From IMG/VR virus record IMGVR_UViG_3300028591_000095, positions 1-64,000 of that record: a stretch of DNA of 64,000 nt; one strand, given 5' to 3'. This document shows, one piece after another, positions 59,138 through 64,000 of the stretch. Origin of the DNA: a virus (Duplodnaviria; Caudoviricetes). A program made the translations under genes and the position numbers. Below the pieces are notes generated by a model, which saw only the letters and a program-made list of their open reading frames with translations, did no database searches and had not been told where the DNA came from. The first letter of the stretch is position 1, and every line of letters begins with the position of its first letter.

Positions 59138-59156
59138 CCCGGGCATAATGCCCGGG
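59138..59156. terminator. Hairpin between convergent genes
   Basis: CCCGGGCAT-A-ATGCCCGGG. Confidence 0.6.
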
Positions 59157-59213
59157 AAACCTCTTGTTATTACATTGCGCTTTGTTATATATTAATTATT
59201 TTTTTCGCCGTGA

Positions 59214-61313
59214 TTACTTAACGAGACCAGCATTGCTGTCCGGTACGAGTGCAGTATTCTTAGCAATGATTCTTGCATCAACACCCTGAACAGTGATCAT
59301 CTGATACTGTGAAGATGTTGTGATAAGAACTGCCTGTCCGCCAGGTGAGTTGATATCCTGGTAACCTGCATTCTCAGGAGAGTTTGTCAGGTGACGAGCA
59401 AATCTGAGGTGCTTGTGAGTAATGTGGAACTTATCCATCGGATATGCACAGATCTTCCAGAAGTATTCCTTTGACTTCATGCCAGGCTTGTAGTCAGGAT
59501 CACTTGTCTGGTATGCATCGATGAGTGTGTATGCAGGAACACGGTTAGAAGCAACAACACGAATCGGAACTGACTCGTCTGTCATTACACCGAATGCATG
59601 GTTCATCTTTACACCACCGATTTCTGTAGACTGCTGAGTTGTCCATGTAACGAACTTCTCAAGAAGTCTTGCACTCTTCGGGTTGCTGTAGATAACGAAG
59701 CCGAGGTTGTCGAGCTTACCCTTATCGCAGAGCTCATAGATGGTAGAAGCAATTGCATTGTGAAGTGCATTTGTTCTGTACTCGAACGGATCACCAGCGA
59801 ATGAAGGTGAGATGAATGTAGGATCGAAGTCAACATACTCAGTGTGAGTATAGGAATCAAGATTCCAGATGTTGCTGTCAGCACCATCCCACTCAGCGAA
59901 CTCTTCGTCGAGCTTCTCAAGGATGTACTGATCCTCGAACATTTCCTGAGCTGTAACAAGCTCCTGAACGAGTCTGTTGTAGAGGTTGAAGTTGAGTGAA
60001 GCATTAGCCTCAGCAAAGTCTTCAACTGTGAATGGAAGCTGGAATCTGCAGCCATCACCGATTGTCCACTTTCTGATCTCAGGATACTCACGGAAGCCGA
60101 TTGTTCTGAGGTTTGTCTCATTTGAAATATAGCCATTGATGTAGAAGCCCTTGATAGTGCCACATGCAGAAGCATTTACATAGCCCTTAACGAAGTCAAC
60201 AACACCGCTGAGTCTGTCGTCAAATGATGTAGTTACACCAGTAGGCTTGTTTGTTACAGGATCAACAACTGTAAGAACCTGTGTAGCATCGATACCACCG
60301 TTGAGGAATACACCACCGTTCTGGATATCAACCTGGATACCACCGCGAGGAAGTTTGATCTTAGCATTTGTAATAGCAGCTACTTGTGAGTAGTAAGTAT
60401 CAGCAGCCCATGTAGGAGCACTACTACCAGTTACTGCAGAATATGTATCTGTCTGAGAATCGTATGTGTAGTAATCAGTATATTTTGTAGACCAGTCTGC
60501 AGGCTCCTCTGTTGTTACAACATATGAAGCAGGAACATCAGCAACAACGTACTTGACGTGGAAGTCATAGCTGAGTCTTGTTCTGGGAGTCTTCACGAAG
60601 TTTGTAGGATGATTACCGTTCTCATCGAGGAGGTACTGAGCATCGAGAAGCTGGAGCTTCTTACCAGGTGCAGCAGCGATAGCAGCAAGAGTAATAGGAG
60701 TTGTGTCATCCAGACGGAGACCCTTACCTGTATACCAGAGTTTCTTCCAGAGTTCTGTATCAAAGTAAATTCTTGGTGTCTCGTACTCTTCACCAGTCTC
60801 ATTGTTTACGAGGTACTTTGTGAAGATACGCTGCTCGATGTTTGTTGAACCAGCTGTAGCAACAGGAATCAGATCCTTACCGAGGAACTTGATGAACTGC
60901 TTAACGAGTGCCGGGAAGTCGAGAGTTGAGAGAGGAAGATATGTAGATACGTTGTAACTTTCCTGAATGAAGTTGTTAACTGCACCATCCCAAGCTGAAG
61001 AAAGCTCGTCTGCAACAGACTCGAGGTGGAGACGCTCAACTTCACTCTCTGTAGGATAGGTTCTGATCTCGTCACAGATAGGATCGAGGTAAAGAGCCTT
61101 GTACTCCTGCATGATCTCAGGATGATCGAGCATCTTTCTGAAGTCAACAGTTACGTTGATATCATGTGAATCTTTCAAAGTATTTACAGCGGATTCCAGA
61201 TAGTTATCAGCAGTTTCTCTGATAGCTAAAAGATCAGACTCTGTAGCATTATTAATCATAGTCTGCTGTTCCTGGAACCAAGAACCACGAGCGGGTACGC
61301 GTGCGTATGCCAT
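59214..61313 (-). CDS. Major capsid protein (precursor)
   Basis: About 700 aa with the strongest codon bias in the window; N-terminal propeptide with YLESA and FIQES sites; size and layout fit phiKZ/AR9-type capsid proteins; start ATG 61313 behind AAGGAG. Confidence 0.75.
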   Translation of the reverse strand: MAYARVPARGSWFQEQQTMINNATESDLLAIRETADNYLESAVNTLKDSHDINVTVDFRKMLDHPEIMQEYKALYLDPICDEIRTYPTESEVERLHLESVADELSSAWDGAVNNFIQESYNVSTYLPLSTLDFPALVKQFIKFLGKDLIPVATAGSTNIEQRIFTKYLVNNETGEEYETPRIYFDTELWKKLWYTGKGLRLDDTTPITLAAIAAAPGKKLQLLDAQYLLDENGNHPTNFVKTPRTRLSYDFHVKYVVADVPASYVVTTEEPADWSTKYTDYYTYDSQTDTYSAVTGSSAPTWAADTYYSQVAAITNAKIKLPRGGIQVDIQNGGVFLNGGIDATQVLTVVDPVTNKPTGVTTSFDDRLSGVVDFVKGYVNASACGTIKGFYINGYISNETNLRTIGFREYPEIRKWTIGDGCRFQLPFTVEDFAEANASLNFNLYNRLVQELVTAQEMFEDQYILEKLDEEFAEWDGADSNIWNLDSYTHTEYVDFDPTFISPSFAGDPFEYRTNALHNAIASTIYELCDKGKLDNLGFVIYSNPKSARLLEKFVTWTTQQSTEIGGVKMNHAFGVMTDESVPIRVVASNRVPAYTLIDAYQTSDPDYKPGMKSKEYFWKICAYPMDKFHITHKHLRFARHLTNSPENAGYQDINSPGGQAVLITTSSQYQMITVQGVDARIIAKNTALVPDSNAGLVK

Positions 61314-61385
61314 AATTAAATACACTCCTTATTGTAAATTTGGTGATTTTTTATACTCACCATAGTATTTGTAGTTAGAAAGCAA

Positions 61386-61973
61386 CTAATCTTCATCAGT
61401 TTTAACTTTCTTGAGATTTGAATCAATCGAATTCAGCAGAGCAGTATATAAAGCGTTCAGCTTGTTATAATACAATCTGTTCTCTCCATACGCTGTATCT
61501 ACGAAATCGTTGACAACATAGCTTTGTCCAGTGAACAAAGCTGTTTTGAGGTCGGTGATGAACGGTTGGATTTTATGACTTATATCATACGGAAGAACTG
61601 ATTGGAGTTTGTCAATGTTCTTCAATATGTTCTCAACCTTCGAGTTGCGATCGATAAACTCTTCATACAAACGTTGATTGAGAATATTACTAGCCTTCTC
61701 CGTTATAGAGGTATCATCTTTCTGATCATCCTCATTGTTGTTTTCATCACCAGTGTCACCATTCATCATAGTTTCATCTGAATCCATAGGCATATCGCCC
61801 ATATCATCAGAAGTCGGAACTGGTCCGACGAGATCCTGATCGCCTGCTGGAGCTGTGTCCGTAGAACCTTGATCTGCAGGAGCAGGTTGTTCATCCATAC
61901 CAGGATCGAATGGTTCCGCAAGGTCACCTTCTGCTTCCATTACAAATGTAAACAGATCTTTCATTGGATTCAC
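61386..61973 (-). CDS. Acidic head/scaffold-like protein
   Basis: FVMEAE motif, D/E/P-rich N-terminal half, helical C-terminal half; directly upstream of the capsid gene. Confidence 0.5.
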   Translation of the reverse strand: MNPMKDLFTFVMEAEGDLAEPFDPGMDEQPAPADQGSTDTAPAGDQDLVGPVPTSDDMGDMPMDSDETMMNGDTGDENNNEDDQKDDTSITEKASNILNQRLYEEFIDRNSKVENILKNIDKLQSVLPYDISHKIQPFITDLKTALFTGQSYVVNDFVDTAYGENRLYYNKLNALYTALLNSIDSNLKKVKTDED

Positions 61974-61980
61974 CTCCGAA

Positions 61981-64000
61981 TCAAGCTATACTATTTGGAT
62001 GGGCTAACTTGGAAGCACGAGCTGTACTAGCCATTTGCATCAGCTTATTTCTTTGACGCATTAACTGATATTTTTCTTTGGTTAAAGCAGGATTGCTATC
62101 ACCATAACGTGTATGAGAATCGATACTCTCAATTTTATCATTGATAATTTCAATCTCAGTCACAAGTTCATTTTGAACTTCGCCTTTCAGACGGTTCTTA
62201 TCAATTGCGCTAAGAACCTGACAAGTTGCAATAGCAGCTGCCAAATATCCACTGATGGTAGCACTAATACCAACCAATCCAAGTTTGAGAGCAAGTCTCG
62301 ATGCTTTATACAGCGCAGTGCGATAACTTCGGCTCTCGACTATTTCGGCTTTCACTTGGTCCTCATTGCGTTTGATCAACGAATCAACAACTTTTGTCAT
62401 CCATTGTTTAGCTCGTGATACAGGCTTAAGGACAGCTTTTGTAGTGTTTATGCCTTTTTGAACTCTTTGCTTTATCTTTTGCTGACCAGATAAAAGTTTT
62501 CTGTCTCTATCCATAGCTCTAGTTAAAGCGTCCTCCTTTGGAGGTGTAGCACCTGCTGCTTCCGATAGGGGCTTTACTGATTCGAGAATGTTAAACATTT
62601 CATGAACGGGAATACCGTTCGAAAGTTTAGCACCCGTAGCAGCAATATCTGAAGAAGTGTTGCTATTATTATAATTGTTGGTATATGCGTTGTGGGAGTC
62701 TGTAGTAGTGGTATTAGTTGATGTATTATGAGAGTCACGAGTTGTTCGTTTATCTCTTGATACATCTTTATTATGTGATGAATCGTTATGAGAATTGGTC
62801 ATGTTGTTAGAATCGTTCTGCACATTAGAGTTGTTATTTTCTTCATGTTTGTTCTGAGAATTGTCGGTAGTTGTTTGTGTATCAGTTTTTGTATTATACG
62901 AATCACGATTGAAAGAGTTGTTGTACGTGATGTTGTATACAACTGATCTACCATCTTTTCCGATATTGCCATCATATCCTCTACCCAACATTCCTTCAAG
63001 ACCATCCGATGTATTTGTATCCATTCTTTCATCGATAGAATTTATCAATTCATCATATGGGTTTTGAGGAATTCCTATTGGTAGATTGACATCAGTTGTT
63101 GGAGGCTGTTTAGGAGCACCCAGTTCATCACTCATCTTAATGCGTTGACGGATGTAATTTGGAAGAGCACCATCATCACCAGTATCAGTATCAAATTCCT
63201 GAATGGCATTATATGATTCACCAATCCAGTTGTCAACATCGATTTGAGAAAGTCCTTCATTGAACATTGAATCGTTCATTGTAGCTATCTCATCATACAA
63301 AATCGACTGATATCCTTCGCAATATTGAATATCAAGAAGTGACATGTCTCCGAATTCACGTTCCATGATGGAAGTATATTCTTTGACGGTTTCTGATTTA
63401 TTCAATCCATTATCTTTCTTCATATTCTCAGTATCATTATACTTCATAGCTTCACGAGAATTCTTGTTGATTCTTGCACGGACTGTTTTGATGAATTCAT
63501 CAACAGTTCCTTGCTTACTGGGCATGAGATTGTACATCAGAGTCAGATAGATATGAGAATCGAATATATTAAATAATGTAAGAAGAGTGTTATTGTTAAT
63601 TGAGCAACTCTCATCATTCATAAGATTCAATGTCATGAAGTCTTCAATGAATTTGATTGTTGCTTCTTTGTCAGCTTTAAAGCAACTGAACAGATCATAG
63701 TTCTTGAAACGTCCAGCACCTTTATTCTGTTTGATGATAGATTCATATGAATCGGTATATTTCTTCATTGTATCTTTATCTATTTCAGATGAAGATTTCT
63801 TTGGGTTGGTTAATGTTTTAACCAGAATGAATGGTGCAACTGTTTTACCGATGAAGTCAGTCATACCTTTATTAGGTTTGCTGAATAACAACATCAAGTC
63901 TGCAGTTGAGTTACACTCATTCAATGCTTTAACCATATCCTTTGCAAGTTTGGTGAATTGCTGCGAGATTATCCATTTACCATTTGCATATTTCAGATGT
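61981..64000 (-). CDS. Large head-associated protein, 5'-truncated by the window edge
   Basis: The frame stays open upstream of ATG 63936 to the edge (HLKYANGKWIISQQFTKLAKD). It has xxE motifs (IGESY, IQEF, ILESV, LSEAA), an Asn/Thr-rich tract and a hydrophobic segment near the C-terminus. Confidence 0.6.
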   Translation of the reverse strand, partial: HLKYANGKWIISQQFTKLAKDMVKALNECNSTADLMLLFSKPNKGMTDFIGKTVAPFILVKTLTNPKKSSSEIDKDTMKKYTDSYESIIKQNKGAGRFKNYDLFSCFKADKEATIKFIEDFMTLNLMNDESCSINNNTLLTLFNIFDSHIYLTLMYNLMPSKQGTVDEFIKTVRARINKNSREAMKYNDTENMKKDNGLNKSETVKEYTSIMEREFGDMSLLDIQYCEGYQSILYDEIATMNDSMFNEGLSQIDVDNWIGESYNAIQEFDTDTGDDGALPNYIRQRIKMSDELGAPKQPPTTDVNLPIGIPQNPYDELINSIDERMDTNTSDGLEGMLGRGYDGNIGKDGRSVVYNITYNNSFNRDSYNTKTDTQTTTDNSQNKHEENNNSNVQNDSNNMTNSHNDSSHNKDVSRDKRTTRDSHNTSTNTTTTDSHNAYTNNYNNSNTSSDIAATGAKLSNGIPVHEMFNILESVKPLSEAAGATPPKEDALTRAMDRDRKLLSGQQKIKQRVQKGINTTKAVLKPVSRAKQWMTKVVDSLIKRNEDQVKAEIVESRSYRTALYKASRLALKLGLVGISATISGYLAAAIATCQVLSAIDKNRLKGEVQNELVTEIEIINDKIESIDSHTRYGDSNPALTKEKYQLMRQRNKLMQMASTARASKLAHPNSIA

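Noticed and set aside
61314-61385. Late promoter upstream of the capsid gene
   Set aside because: The best match (AATA CTATGG TGA) deviates at key positions, so it was not called
1-64000. Uracil-substituted DNA as in AR9/PBS1, suggested by the late promoter similarity
   Set aside because: Cannot be read from sequence, and no dUTP-pathway or UNG-inhibitor gene was recognised in this window
1-64000. Stop-codon reassignment, tRNAs, CRISPR arrays, integrase or transposase
   Set aside because: Genes tile densely under the standard code using TAA, TGA and TAG stops; intergenic gaps are short and show no cloverleaf or repeat-spacer pattern; no recombinase motifs were seen

Overview
This window is a gene-dense, AT-rich segment of a jumbo bacteriophage genome. 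It most resembles the phiKZ/AR9(PBS1)-type phages that encode their own split multisubunit RNA polymerases, and the host is probably a Bacillota (strong GGAGG/AAGGAG RBSs, Amidase_2 endolysin with an SH3-like tail). Long, mostly minus-strand virion operons encode tail fibres, receptor-binding proteins, a 3034-aa tape-measure/tail-lysin polyprotein, head proteins and the probable major capsid protein; the baseplate-wedge-like gene is on the plus strand. These alternate with plus-strand islands of non-structural genes: a GyrB-like topoisomerase II subunit, an RNAP beta-prime C-terminal subunit, a FEN-like nuclease, an orphan RelE-like protein and many ORFans. Two promoter-like motifs can be read directly from the intergenic DNA. 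TTYNATATWYAYATYATT, always followed by a 5' hairpin, precedes four non-structural islands. (A/C/T)AC(C/G/T)-N6-TAA precedes structural and lysis genes. The most novel candidates are: (i) the giant tail protein with two paralogous C39-like cysteine peptidase cassettes bracketed by G-[SN]-G motifs, a possible self-processing polyprotein; (ii) head proteins carrying apparent cargo domains (a zincin metalloprotease and an ExxRxNxxxE coiled coil) next to putative prohead-protease sites; (iii) a small aromatic module shared by the capsid protein and a tail fibre; (iv) the two-promoter transcription programme. No tRNA, rRNA, CRISPR array, integrase or transposase was seen. All functional calls come from motif recognition by eye; no database search was run.
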